NCBI GenBank assembly: GCA_050015275.1
Contig: JBEKBS010000010.1
Location: forward strand, 65,285-129,284
Length of the DNA: 64,000 nt
Direction: 5' to 3'
Source of the DNA: Candidatus Aminicenantales bacterium
GTDB lineage: Bacteria > Acidobacteriota > Aminicenantia > Aminicenantales > Saccharicenantaceae
The translations under genes and the position numbers were made by a program. Shown here piece by piece: positions 37,636 through 47,221 of the stretch (positions are counted from its first letter, which is position 1; the number at the start of each line of letters is the position of its first letter). The notes under the pieces were generated by a model, which was not told the origin of the DNA, made no database searches, and saw only the letters and a program-made list of their open reading frames with translations.

Positions 37636-38595
37636 GTGTCCGAATATTCCATCGAAGTGAAGTCCTTGACCAAGAAGTTCGGGGCCTTCACCGCCGTCGA
37701 TGCGGTCTCCTTTGAAGTCGGACGCGGCGCCATCTTCGGATTCCTGGGGGCCAACGGCGCCGGAAAATCCACGACCATCCGGATGCTGTGCGGCCTTCTC
37801 AACCCGATCTCCGGGACGGCCACGGTCGGCGGCTTCGACATCACCCGCCAGCCGGAGCGGGTCAAGAGGGTCATCGGCTACATGTCCCAGAAGTTCTCGC
37901 TCTACGAGGACCTGACCGTCATCGAAAATATCCGTTTTTTCGGCGGCGTCTACGGCCTCGAGCGAAAGGCCATCGAATCGAGGGCTTCCTGGGTCCTGGA
38001 GATGGCGGGGCTCAAGGGACGCGAGCGGAGCCTGACCCGGACGCTGTCGGTCGGTTGGAAGCAGCGGCTGGCCCTGGGCTGCGCGATCCTCCATGAGCCC
38101 CGGATCGTCTTCCTCGACGAGCCCACGGGCGGTGTCGACCCCGCCGCGCGGCGCCGCTTCTGGGAGCTCATCAACGAGCTCTCCGAGCGGAAGGTCACGG
38201 TCTTCGTCACGACCCACTACCTGGACGAGGCGGAATACTGCAACGACATCCGGCTCATTCACGCCGGCCGGATCGTGGCCGGCGGCAGCCCCCAGGAGCT
38301 CAAGACCAAGTACATCCAGAACCCGATCCTCGAGGTGGCGAGCGACAGGGTCGTGGACGCCCTTGAGATCCTCCAGAAGGAACCGTGGGTCCTTGAGACG
38401 TCCATCTTCGGCACGTCCCTCCACGTCAGCGTCGCCGACGAGGACGAGGGGCTCCGGCTCGTCCGGGACCGCCTCGGACGCGAGGGGATCGCCATCCACC
38501 GGGCCGAAAGGATCATGCCCTCGCTCGAAGACGTCTTTATCCACAAGATCGAGGAACAGACCGGAAAAAGCGGAGCGGAGGAGGCGCGGCCGTGA
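37636..38595 (+). CDS. ABC transporter ATP-binding protein (YbhF C-half-like), GTG start
   Basis: Walker A GANGAGKST, signature LSVGWKQRL, Walker B VFLDEPTGGVD. A ribosome-binding site GAAGGGGAG precedes the GTG start. Confidence 0.9.
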   Translation: MSEYSIEVKSLTKKFGAFTAVDAVSFEVGRGAIFGFLGANGAGKSTTIRMLCGLLNPISGTATVGGFDITRQPERVKRVIGYMSQKFSLYEDLTVIENIRFFGGVYGLERKAIESRASWVLEMAGLKGRERSLTRTLSVGWKQRLALGCAILHEPRIVFLDEPTGGVDPAARRRFWELINELSERKVTVFVTTHYLDEAEYCNDIRLIHAGRIVAGGSPQELKTKYIQNPILEVASDRVVDALEILQKEPWVLETSIFGTSLHVSVADEDEGLRLVRDRLGREGIAIHRAERIMPSLEDVFIHKIEEQTGKSGAEEARP

Positions 38596-39764
38596 AAAGG
38601 CGTCCTCTCTGCTGCGTCCGGCCCGTTTTGAAAAAGGAGTTCCTCCAGATCAGCCGGGACGCCCGCTCGCTCCTGTTCATGATCTTCCTCCCGGCCTTCA
38701 TGCTCCTCATGTTCGGTTACGCGCTGAACTTCGACGTCAAGCACATCCCCCTCGCCGTGGTCGACCAGGACGGCAGCCAGGCCAGCCGGGACCTCGTCGA
38801 CAAATTCCGGACCACCGAATATTTCGACCTCAAAGCCGTCCTCCAAAAGCCCGGCCAGATCGATATCCTGATGGGCCGGGAGGACGTCCGCACCGCCCTC
38901 GTCATCCCGCCCAAGTTCTCCGACGATCTCCTAGCAGGTCGGAGCCCCTCGGTCCAGGTCATCGTGGACGGTTCGAACGCCACGAGCGGCACGACGGCCA
39001 CGGGCTACGTCGGCGCCATCCTCCAGAGTTATTCCCAGAGGATCACCCTGGAAGCCCTCGAGCGCCAGGGCATCCTGGGGCTGACGGAACCGCTCCGGTC
39101 CGAGGTCCGGGTTTGGTACAACCCCGAGCTCCGGAGCGCCAAGTTCCTCGTGCCCGGCCTGATGGCCTTCATCCTTTCCGTGATCGTCACGGTCTCGACG
39201 GCCTTCTCGGTCGTCCGGGAAAAAGAGCGGGGGACAATGGATCAGATCAAGGTCTCGTCCCTCCGGCCGCTGGAGCTCATCCTCGGGAAGATGATCCCCT
39301 ACGTCCTGATCTCGCTCGCCTCGGCCCACTTCGTCCTCCTCCTCGGCCAGGTCCTTTTCGGCGTCGGGATCAAGGGAAGCTATCCGCTTCTCCTCCTGGC
39401 CATAGCCCTGTTCCTCGTCGGGGCGTTGGGCCAGGGGCTCCTGATCTCGACCATCACCCGGACCCAGCAGGTGGCTTTCCTGATCGCGGCCCTGACGACA
39501 ATGCTTCCGACCTTCATCCTCTCGGGCTTCGTCTTCCCCATCCGGAACATGCCCGCCTTCGTGCAGGGCATCACCTACCTCGTCCCCGCCAGGTATTTCC
39601 TGGCGGCCCTCCGGGTCATCATCATCAAGGGCGTGGGGTTGAGGGCCATCTGGCAACAGCTCCTGCTCCTGACGGCTTTTGCCGCGCTGTCGCTCGGGGC
39701 CAGCGCAGCCCGGCTGCGGAAGGGCGATGAGGAGCGGCCGCGCCGGAGGAGGGACGTCCGATGA
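38592..39764 (+). CDS. ABC-2 transporter permease (YbhS-like)
   Basis: The ABC-2 membrane domain is present, with a 4-nt overlap with the upstream ATPase gene. Confidence 0.85.
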   Translation: MKRRPLCCVRPVLKKEFLQISRDARSLLFMIFLPAFMLLMFGYALNFDVKHIPLAVVDQDGSQASRDLVDKFRTTEYFDLKAVLQKPGQIDILMGREDVRTALVIPPKFSDDLLAGRSPSVQVIVDGSNATSGTTATGYVGAILQSYSQRITLEALERQGILGLTEPLRSEVRVWYNPELRSAKFLVPGLMAFILSVIVTVSTAFSVVREKERGTMDQIKVSSLRPLELILGKMIPYVLISLASAHFVLLLGQVLFGVGIKGSYPLLLLAIALFLVGALGQGLLISTITRTQQVAFLIAALTTMLPTFILSGFVFPIRNMPAFVQGITYLVPARYFLAALRVIIIKGVGLRAIWQQLLLLTAFAALSLGASAARLRKGDEERPRRRRDVR

Positions 39765-40888
39765 AGGCCGTGCTGGCGATCATCTGGAAGGAGTTCCTCC
39801 AGCTGCGGCGTGACCCCCGGCTCTTCCCTGTGATCTTCATCTCCCCCATCCTCCAACTCCTTCTCATGGGTTATGCGGCCAACCTGGATGTCCGGAATAT
39901 CCCTTCCGTCATTTGCGACATGGACCGGTCGTCCGCCAGCCGGGGATTTCTCGACGGCTTCATGAATTCCGGCTACTTCTCCGTCAGTGCGCGTGTCGGG
40001 CGGATAGAGGAGATCGACCGATATCTCGACCAGGGCGCCGCGGCCATGGCTTTCGTCATTCCCCGGGGATTCGGGGACAAGCTGGCCGGCGGGAAACAGG
40101 CATCGGTCATGATCATCGCCGACGGGTCGGAAAGCCAGTCGGCGACGATCGGGGTCAATTACGCGGCCATCATCACGGGGCGATACACCCAGCGTATCAT
40201 CCTCGAGGCGTTCGAAAAGATGAGGGGATCGGGGGTCAGGCCGGTCACCGTCAATTCCGAGGTCAGGGTCTGGTACAACCCGGAGCTCAGCAGCCGGAAT
40301 TTCATGTTGCCCGGTGTGCTGGGCCTCATCCTGATGATCATGACGACTTCGCTCGCCTCCCTGGGGATCGTCCGGGAGAAAGAGGCCGGGACCATGGAAC
40401 AGCTGATCGTGACGCCGATCCGGCCCTATCAGCTCATCGTCGGCAAACTCCTGCCCTTCGTCCTCATCGGCCTCATCCAATCGGCCTTGGTCGTCTCGGC
40501 CGCGAAGTGGTGGTTCCTCGTGCCCGTCCGGGGCAGCGTGCCGCTCCTTTTTGCCCTGAGCCTGGCCTTCATGCTCAACACCCTCGGCGTCGGTCTTTTC
40601 ATCTCGACGATCTCGCGGAGCCAACAGCAGGCGATGTTCACGACCATCTTCTTCATCATGCCGATGATGCTCCTCGGCGGCTTCGTGTTCCCTGTTGAAA
40701 ACATGCCCCGGTTTTTCCAGTTCGTCTCCTTTGCCGTTCCGACGCGCTATTTCTTCGTCATCATCCGGGGCATCATGCTCAAGGGCGCGGGCTGGCCCGA
40801 GCTTTGGGACCAGGCCGCGGCGCTGCTGGCGTTGGGGTCGGCGCTCCTCGGCCTGAGCGTCCTCCGCTTCCACAAGAAGCTGGAGTAA
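39761..40888 (+). CDS. ABC-2 transporter permease (YbhR-like)
   Basis: Paralogue of the preceding permease, with about 40% identity visible by eye, and a 4-nt overlap with it. Confidence 0.85.
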   Translation: MKAVLAIIWKEFLQLRRDPRLFPVIFISPILQLLLMGYAANLDVRNIPSVICDMDRSSASRGFLDGFMNSGYFSVSARVGRIEEIDRYLDQGAAAMAFVIPRGFGDKLAGGKQASVMIIADGSESQSATIGVNYAAIITGRYTQRIILEAFEKMRGSGVRPVTVNSEVRVWYNPELSSRNFMLPGVLGLILMIMTTSLASLGIVREKEAGTMEQLIVTPIRPYQLIVGKLLPFVLIGLIQSALVVSAAKWWFLVPVRGSVPLLFALSLAFMLNTLGVGLFISTISRSQQQAMFTTIFFIMPMMLLGGFVFPVENMPRFFQFVSFAVPTRYFFVIIRGIMLKGAGWPELWDQAAALLALGSALLGLSVLRFHKKLE

Positions 40889-40959
40889 AGGCCCGCGCAC
40901 AAGTTCAATCGCAGCCTCCGGCTTCGGCGAAAAAGGGGTTGAATTGGTGCTGAATGCCG

Positions 40960-42231
40960 CTACAGGTGCGCCAGGTGGGCCTCGGCCGGCGGGGACGGTC
41001 TGAGGACATCAGGCGGCAGCGTCCCGCTCTTTTCAGCGTTCACGTAGATCCCGGCGACCGCCAGGTAGAGGACGATGGGAATGAACTGTGATCTCGGGAT
41101 GGGGGCCACGAGCAGGAACGTAAAGGCCGCGGCCAGCATGGCCGAGAAGGGACGCAGCTTGGGGGCGGCCAGGACCGACAAGACGAGAAGAGCCAGGGCG
41201 ATGACGGGATAGAGGCCGCTCGCGCCGATCCAGCCGAAGAATCCCGAGATGACATTGGGGAAAAACGTCGTCATGGTGTCCCGGCTCGTGAGAATGAGGT
41301 TGAAGAGGATCGTGCTCTTGAAGACGGCCACGACTCCATACGGCGCCATGATCAAAACCGCCGTGGCCACGGCAATGCCCGAGTCGACAGCGATATCGAT
41401 GAGCGACCGGAGCCTCTTCGCCTCGAACTTGTTCCAGTAGTAGGCGGCCATGATGGGCGCGATCAGGAACTTGGTCATCAAGCCGATCCCGAAAAGAACG
41501 GCGATGAGGACCCGGTATTTCGTTCGAGGGCGGTCCATTCCTTTCCTGATCGCCCAGAGGATCAGGGCCAAGGCAAGGAACGTCATGGCCGAATTGATAT
41601 GGATCGCGTCGAATAGGAAGAAGGGGATAAGGGGCCAGAGATACCTCCGCTTGATCTCGGGAAACGTCCGGATAAAAACCCAACAGGCGAGACCCCGGAG
41701 AAGAAGGAAGACGATCGTCATGATCCCGACATTCCAGCGCCCGGTGATGAGACGCGCAAGATAATAGGGGTAAAGCTCCATGGGGGGGTAGTTGAAATTC
41801 CCATAGACGGCCTGCAAAGACTCCCCCTGGTGGAAGATCGTTCCGCAGGCATAGGGATTTTGCCCCTGATGCATCGCGACGAAAGCCGAGTCGTAATGGC
41901 GGACGATTTCGACGTCGGGATGGATCGTCAATAATCCTACGACGCCGAGGGCGACGCCGACGAGCAGGACGGCCGCCAGGAATCCCTTTTGGAACACCCA
42001 CTCCGGCTTGACGCGATAGAGGAGCCAAACCAGGAGCAAGTAAAACGTCAAACTGATCATGAGCTGGTATTGGTTCCCATGCGGAACGGGCTTGAGGACC
42101 GCCATCAACAGGGAAAACAAGAAACAGAGGACGAGAGCGGCAGGGACGAGACAGTTTTTCCCGAAGCGTATCGGCGGCTCCCGGAGCGCCGAATGCCGAG
42201 GTCCTCGATTCACGGGATTCCTGCCCCCCAA
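40960..42231 (-). CDS. Polytopic membrane protein, possible GT-C/GT87 (DUF2029-like) glycosyltransferase
   Basis: More than ten hydrophobic helices, with an aromatic and Pro-rich loop (YGNFNYPPMELYPYY). Confidence 0.4.
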   Translation of the reverse strand: MGGRNPVNRGPRHSALREPPIRFGKNCLVPAALVLCFLFSLLMAVLKPVPHGNQYQLMISLTFYLLLVWLLYRVKPEWVFQKGFLAAVLLVGVALGVVGLLTIHPDVEIVRHYDSAFVAMHQGQNPYACGTIFHQGESLQAVYGNFNYPPMELYPYYLARLITGRWNVGIMTIVFLLLRGLACWVFIRTFPEIKRRYLWPLIPFFLFDAIHINSAMTFLALALILWAIRKGMDRPRTKYRVLIAVLFGIGLMTKFLIAPIMAAYYWNKFEAKRLRSLIDIAVDSGIAVATAVLIMAPYGVVAVFKSTILFNLILTSRDTMTTFFPNVISGFFGWIGASGLYPVIALALLVLSVLAAPKLRPFSAMLAAAFTFLLVAPIPRSQFIPIVLYLAVAGIYVNAEKSGTLPPDVLRPSPPAEAHLAHL

Positions 42232-42371
42232 TGCAAGGCCTGTTCGCGCGGGCTCTTTTTTCTTGGTCGCCGGCGGCCAGGCCGAAACGCGCTCATAACT
42301 CCCCCATTCGGGACCTTCATTTCGTCATTATCCCCTTAAACCCGGCACAAATCAAAAAGGAATCCGATATC

Positions 42372-42563
42372 ATGCGACGAACTGTTCTCCCCATTTTCGC
42401 CCTCTGTCTGCTCATCATGGGTTGCCACCAAAGACAGGAACGAGGTCCTGCGGCCAAGCCGGCCCCCCCGGCGGTCACTTCGAACTCGCCGGCCGCGAAA
42501 AGAAACTTCCGATCGGCGCTCCGGAGAGCATCAACGGCATTCGGGCACGCGGTCGGGCCCTAG
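42372..42563 (+). CDS. Small predicted lipoprotein (63 aa), hypothetical
   Basis: MRRTVLPIFALCLLIMGC lipobox. It converges on queA with its stop overlapping the queA stop. Support is weak. Confidence 0.3.
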   Translation: MRRTVLPIFALCLLIMGCHQRQERGPAAKPAPPAVTSNSPAAKRNFRSALRRASTAFGHAVGP

Positions 42564-43591
42564 ATGATGAGCATGCAGTCGCCGTAGGAGAAGAAGCGGT
42601 ACCGCTCCTGGACGGCCTCCCGATAGACGCTCATGATCAAGTCATGCCCGGCGAAGGCGGCGACGAGCATCAGAAGCGTGGATTTCGGCAGATGGAAGTT
42701 CGTCAGAAGCCGGTCGACGACATGAAACTCAAAACCCGGAGAGATGAATAAGGATGTCGGGCCACGCCCGGGCCGGAGCTCTCCGTCGCGCCAGGCGCTT
42801 TCGAGGGTTCGGACGACCGTCGTCCCGACCGCGGCGACGGGGCGGCCTTCCGTCTTGGCGGCGTTGATGGCGCGCGCCGCGGCGGGGGATATCGAATACC
42901 ATTCTTCGAGCATCCTGTGCTCGGTCACGACCTCGGCCCGGACCGGCTGGAAGGTCGCCAGGCCCACGTCGAGCGTCACCCGCCGTACTCCGATGTCCCT
43001 GGCTGCGAGCGTCCTGAGCAGCTCCTTCGTGAAATGGAGACCGGCCGTGGGAGCGGCGATGGCCCCTTCTCTCCGGGCGAAGACGGTCTGGTACCTGTCG
43101 AGGTCTTCGGTCCGAAGCCGGCGGTCCTCCTGGACCCGCTTGATGTAAGGGGGCAAGGGGGCGTAGCCGACCGTCTCGAGCTCGGCCCGGACATCCGGCC
43201 TTTCAAACCGGAGGACCCGTTTTCCTTCTGCCCCGACCTCCTCGACAAAGGCCTCGAATCCCGGGCCGAAACGGACCTTATCTCCTGTTTCGAGCTTCCG
43301 GGCCGGCCTGCACAGCACTTCCCAAAGGCCGGGCCCGCGCTCCTCGAGGAACAGGAACTCGATCTTTGCCCCGCCGCGCTCGCCCCAGGCCCTGGCGGGA
43401 ATGACTTTCGTATCATTGAGGACAACGAGGTCCCCGGCCGCGAAGAAATCCGGGAATTCCTTGAAGAGGCCGTGGCGGACGCGGCCGGTCCCCCTCTCGA
43501 CGATCATCATCCGCGAGTCGTCCCGATGGGGGAGAGGGTGCTGGGCGATGAGCTCGGGCGGCAGATCGTAGTCGAAATCCGAGACCCGCAT
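42560..43591 (-). CDS. queA: S-adenosylmethionine:tRNA ribosyltransferase-isomerase
   Basis: N-terminus MRVSDFDYDLPPELIAQHP, and full-length QueA collinearity. Confidence 0.95.
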   Translation of the reverse strand: MRVSDFDYDLPPELIAQHPLPHRDDSRMMIVERGTGRVRHGLFKEFPDFFAAGDLVVLNDTKVIPARAWGERGGAKIEFLFLEERGPGLWEVLCRPARKLETGDKVRFGPGFEAFVEEVGAEGKRVLRFERPDVRAELETVGYAPLPPYIKRVQEDRRLRTEDLDRYQTVFARREGAIAAPTAGLHFTKELLRTLAARDIGVRRVTLDVGLATFQPVRAEVVTEHRMLEEWYSISPAAARAINAAKTEGRPVAAVGTTVVRTLESAWRDGELRPGRGPTSLFISPGFEFHVVDRLLTNFHLPKSTLLMLVAAFAGHDLIMSVYREAVQERYRFFSYGDCMLII

Positions 43592-43593
43592 CC

Positions 43594-44661
43594 TCAGTCT
43601 TTGAACAGCTTCTTCTGGCCGGAAGGGCGCGCCTTGCCGTGGCCCGTTCCGGCCGCGTGGGCCCGGGACCCCTCGAATTCATATCCCAGGTGGGCGTAGG
43701 CCCGGGGCGTGATCACCCGGCCGCGGGTCGTCCGGTCGAGGAAGCCGATACGCATGAGGAAAGGCTCATAGATCGATTCGATGGTGTCCTTCTCCTCATC
43801 GATGGCGGCGGCGATGGTGGCGATCCCGACCGGCCCGCCGCCGAAATTCTCGATGATGGTCGCGAGGATCTTCCGGTCCACATCGTCGAGGCCCAACGAA
43901 TCGACCTCCATCATGTCCAGGGCCTTCCGGGCTTCCCCGGCCGTAATGACGCCGTCACCCTTGACATCGACGTAATCACGGACCCGCCGCAGGAGGCGGT
44001 TGGCCACGCGCGGCGTCCCCCTCGACCGGAGGGCGATCTCGCCGGCGCCGTCGTCGTCGATCCTGACCTTGAGGATCTTCGCCGACCGCTGGATGACCTG
44101 CTTCAAGTCTTCGTCCTTGTAGTAATCCAAGCGATGGATGATGCCGAACCGGCCCCTGAGCGGCGCCGTGATCCGGCCCGCCCGGGTCGTTGCCCCGATC
44201 AGGGTGAACTTCTTGATCTTGAGCTTGTGGCTCCTGGCGCCCGGGCCCTGGCCGATGACGATGTCCAGGCTGAAGTCCTCCATGGCCGAGTAGAGGATCT
44301 CCTCGACCGAGGGCTGGAGACGGTGGATCTCGTCGATGAACAGGACCTCTTTGGTCTGCATGTTGGTCAGGATGGCCGAGAGGTCGCCCGTCCGCTCGAT
44401 GACCGGTCCAGCGGTCGGCTTGATGTTGACGGCCATCTCCTTGGCGATGAGGTAGGCCAGGCTCGTCTTGCCCAGTCCCGGCGGGCCGTAGAGGAGGACG
44501 TGGTCGAGATGCTCGCCGCGCTTTTTCGCCGCCTCGATGAAAACCTTGAGATTGGCCTTGATGGTCTCCTGTCCGACGAACTCATCGAAGGTCCGGGGCC
44601 TGAGGCTGTCCTCGAAAAGGATATCCTCTTTGGTCCGGATGGGGCTGAGGATCGCGGGCAT
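43594..44661 (-). CDS. ruvB: Holliday junction branch migration helicase RuvB
   Basis: AAA+ Walker [12 protein letters not shown], sensor motifs, and a winged-helix C-terminus. Confidence 0.95.
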   Translation of the reverse strand: MPAILSPIRTKEDILFEDSLRPRTFDEFVGQETIKANLKVFIEAAKKRGEHLDHVLLYGPPGLGKTSLAYLIAKEMAVNIKPTAGPVIERTGDLSAILTNMQTKEVLFIDEIHRLQPSVEEILYSAMEDFSLDIVIGQGPGARSHKLKIKKFTLIGATTRAGRITAPLRGRFGIIHRLDYYKDEDLKQVIQRSAKILKVRIDDDGAGEIALRSRGTPRVANRLLRRVRDYVDVKGDGVITAGEARKALDMMEVDSLGLDDVDRKILATIIENFGGGPVGIATIAAAIDEEKDTIESIYEPFLMRIGFLDRTTRGRVITPRAYAHLGYEFEGSRAHAAGTGHGKARPSGQKKLFKD

Positions 44662-44748
44662 CGTTGTTGGCTCTATGTTATTGTACTCAATAAGTCCTGG
44701 AAAACAATCAGGAAATTCCGAGGGACGGCCCCGCTTCCTGGACGGCCC

Positions 44749-45336
44749 CTAGATCCTCGCCAAGCGCTTCAAGCAGTCTCTGAGGAGCTTCTCGAAGCCC
44801 GCGCCGGACTTCCGGGCGCCGATGGCCTGGTCCACGACCCGTTCGACCTCCTTCCGCCGGAAGCCCATGTTGAGGAGGGCGGAGATGAGGTCCTCCCTTT
44901 CCGGGGACCCCTTGGCGGCCAGGAGCTTTTCCTTCTTTTCGAGCTTGTCCTGGAGTTCCATGGTGATCCGGAGGGCCGTCTTCTTCCCGATGCCGGGGAC
45001 GAGCGCGATCCGGGCGACGTCGCTCTTGCGGATCGCCTCCTCGAGGTCCCCGGGCTCGATGCCCGAGAGGATATTCATGGCCAGCTTGGGGCCGATCCCG
45101 GAGATCCCGATGAGCTTGAGGAACATGTCCTTCTCTTCCTGGGCGGCGAAGCCGAAAAGGGAGAGAGAATCATCGGTCATGTGGGTGTAGATGAGGAGCT
45201 CCACCGGCTCCCGGACTTCGCCGAGCTTGAAATACGTGCTGAGGGGGATCGTGGCGCGGTAACCCACGCCGCCGGTGTCGATGATGACCTGGCCGGGGGA
45301 CTTGTGGATGAGGATCCCTTTGAGGTAGGCGATCAT
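44749..45336 (-). CDS. ruvA: Holliday junction DNA helicase RuvA
   Basis: N-terminus MIAYLKGIL with HhH motifs. Confidence 0.9.
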   Translation of the reverse strand: MIAYLKGILIHKSPGQVIIDTGGVGYRATIPLSTYFKLGEVREPVELLIYTHMTDDSLSLFGFAAQEEKDMFLKLIGISGIGPKLAMNILSGIEPGDLEEAIRKSDVARIALVPGIGKKTALRITMELQDKLEKKEKLLAAKGSPEREDLISALLNMGFRRKEVERVVDQAIGARKSGAGFEKLLRDCLKRLARI

Positions 45337-45836
45337 GACGGGTCCGGTCCCTCCACTTTGATCTGGGAGAGCCGGCAGTTGAGGTGGCAGATCGCGGCGG
45401 CCAGGGCATCCGACGCGTCGAGCGGAAGGCGGTCGTCGTCGAGGCCGAGGAGCGCCTGGACCATGGTCTGGACCTGCTCCTTGTCGGCCTGGCCGTAGCC
45501 GGTCACGGCTTTCTTGATCTCCAGGGCCGAGTATTCATGGAAGCCGCAGTCCGTCCCGGCGATGGCGACGAGGACCGCCCCCCGGACCTGTCCGAGGAGC
45601 ATGGCCGTCTTCACGTTCTTGGCGTAAAAGGGGTTCTCGATGGCCGCCTCGTCCGGCGCGTAGGCACGGATGAGCTTCCCGATCTCCTCTCGGATCTCAT
45701 TCAGCTTCTTGAAGAAGGGGAGGCCGGGGCTCGGCTTGATGACGCCGTAGGCGACAGGCCTGGCCCGGTCGCCGTCGTTCTCGATGATCCCGAACCCGGA
45801 GGACTGGAGGCTTGGATCGATCCCGAGGACCCGCAT
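45333..45836 (-). CDS. ruvC: Crossover junction endodeoxyribonuclease RuvC
   Basis: N-terminus MRVLGIDPSLQSSGFGII with a catalytic Asp. I chose the start at 45836, since the 34 upstream codons are Arg/Pro-rich artefact. Confidence 0.9.
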   Translation of the reverse strand: MRVLGIDPSLQSSGFGIIENDGDRARPVAYGVIKPSPGLPFFKKLNEIREEIGKLIRAYAPDEAAIENPFYAKNVKTAMLLGQVRGAVLVAIAGTDCGFHEYSALEIKKAVTGYGQADKEQVQTMVQALLGLDDDRLPLDASDALAAAICHLNCRLSQIKVEGPDPS

Positions 45837-45852
45837 GGACCTTGAACGGCCG

Positions 45853-46608
45853 TCAGCCGGCTTGGGAGAAGCTGGCGATCTCCTCTTCGGAAATGTCGAA
45901 ATTGGACGAGACGTTCTGGACGTCGTCGTGGTCCTCAAGCTCCTCCATCAGCCGCAGGACCTGATGGGCTTCCTTCCCCTGGACTTTGATGTAGTTCTGG
46001 GGAAGGTAGCCGACGTCCGACGCCGAGATTTCGATATTGTTCTTCTTGAGGGCCTCGACGACCGCCTCATATTTTTCGGGCGAGGTCGTGATCTCGAAGA
46101 TGGAACCGTCGTCCCGGAGGTCGTCGGCGCCGTTCGACAGGGCGATGTCCATGAGCTGGTCCTCATCGGCCTTGCCCTTTTCGACGTCGATGTAGCCCAT
46201 GCGCTTGAACATCCAGGCGACGCATCCGGATTCTCCGATCCGTCCGCCGTTCTTGGCGAAGACGTGCCGGAGCTCGGAGACCGTCCGGTTCTTGTTGTCG
46301 GTCACGGCCTGGATGAAGATCGCGACCCCGCTCGGGCCGTAGCCCTCGTAGGTAACTTCCTCGTATTGGGCGCCCTCGAGCTGGCCGGTGCCCTTCTGAA
46401 TGGCCCGCTTGATGTTGTCGGCGGGCATGTTCATGGCCCGGGCGTCGTTGATGCCCTTGCGGAGGCGGGGGTTTTTGTCGGGGTCCCCGCCGGCGGCCCG
46501 GGCGGCCAAGCTGATCTCCCGGATCAGCTTGGTAAAGACCTTGCCGCGCTTGGAGTCGGTCGCGGCTTTTTTATGCTTGATGGAAGCCCATTTGGAATGT
46601 CCGGACAT
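45853..46608 (-). CDS. YebC/PmpR-family transcriptional regulator
   Basis: N-terminus MSGHSKWASIKHKKAATDSKRGK, which is invariant in this family. Confidence 0.95.
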   Translation of the reverse strand: MSGHSKWASIKHKKAATDSKRGKVFTKLIREISLAARAAGGDPDKNPRLRKGINDARAMNMPADNIKRAIQKGTGQLEGAQYEEVTYEGYGPSGVAIFIQAVTDNKNRTVSELRHVFAKNGGRIGESGCVAWMFKRMGYIDVEKGKADEDQLMDIALSNGADDLRDDGSIFEITTSPEKYEAVVEALKKNNIEISASDVGYLPQNYIKVQGKEAHQVLRLMEELEDHDDVQNVSSNFDISEEEIASFSQAG

Positions 46609-46785
46609 CGTCCTCTCCTTAATCTGATGAGCTCCAGGATTTTAACACAAATAGAAGGCCGGTGCAAACGGCCGGGCGAGGGCGCTGCCGGGGATCTTGC
46701 CGCCGCTGTAAGGACATCGTCCAAGCCCGGCCATCCGGGAGCCCCCAGGCCCGCGCCCCCCGTCAGAAAGCCGGGGGGACGGCTA

Positions 46786-46836
46786 AATCCTATCATTATG
46801 ATAGGGATTGTCTTGGCCGGGCCTCTGTGCTATAAT
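46786..46836 (+). promoter_or_regulatory. Palindromic operator-like site overlapping the -35 of a TTGTCT-17-TATAAT promoter
   Basis: AATCCTATCA-tta-TGATAGGGATT at 46786-46809, then TTGTCT at 46808-46813 and TATAAT at 46831-46836. AAGGAG and an ATG at 46855 follow. Confidence 0.5.
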
Positions 46837-46854
46837 TCTGTAAAGGAGTCACAG

Positions 46855-47088
46855 ATGAAATGCAACATGAGTACTCTTGACCGGATCCTCCGCCTTATCG
46901 TCGTTGCGGCCATCGCGGTCTTCTTCTTTCTGGGGATGTTGACCGGCGTCGCCGGCATCGTCCTGGGGGTTCTGGCCGTGATTCTCTTCCTGACCAGCGT
47001 CGTGGGCGTTTGCCCGGTCTATTGGATTTTCTCGACAGGAACGAAGAAGGCCTGCGAGGTCGAACCGAAAGGTCCTGACACGGTTTAG
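46855..47088 (+). CDS. DUF2892 (YgaP-like) small inner-membrane protein
   Basis: Two transmembrane helices and the conserved motif GVCPVYWIF. The start follows the AAGGAG ribosome-binding site. Confidence 0.65.
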   Translation: MKCNMSTLDRILRLIVVAAIAVFFFLGMLTGVAGIVLGVLAVILFLTSVVGVCPVYWIFSTGTKKACEVEPKGPDTV

Positions 47089-47221
47089 TTCTTCAATCGC
47101 CCCTCTGGGTGCGTACCAACGCGGGCATCGCGCGGGTCAGGGGGGTCCATCCGGCTGATATCAGTTGGCCGCTCCGTTGCCCGGGGAGGGCTGGCTGAGG
47201 GCGGTTTCCAAAGGAGGGCGG

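Noticed and set aside
38093-39730. 545-aa plus-strand ORF in an alternative frame across the ABC ATPase and permease genes
   Set aside because: It is out of frame with two genes that have Walker and ABC-2 motifs, and it is an extremely Pro/Arg/Gly-rich artefact.
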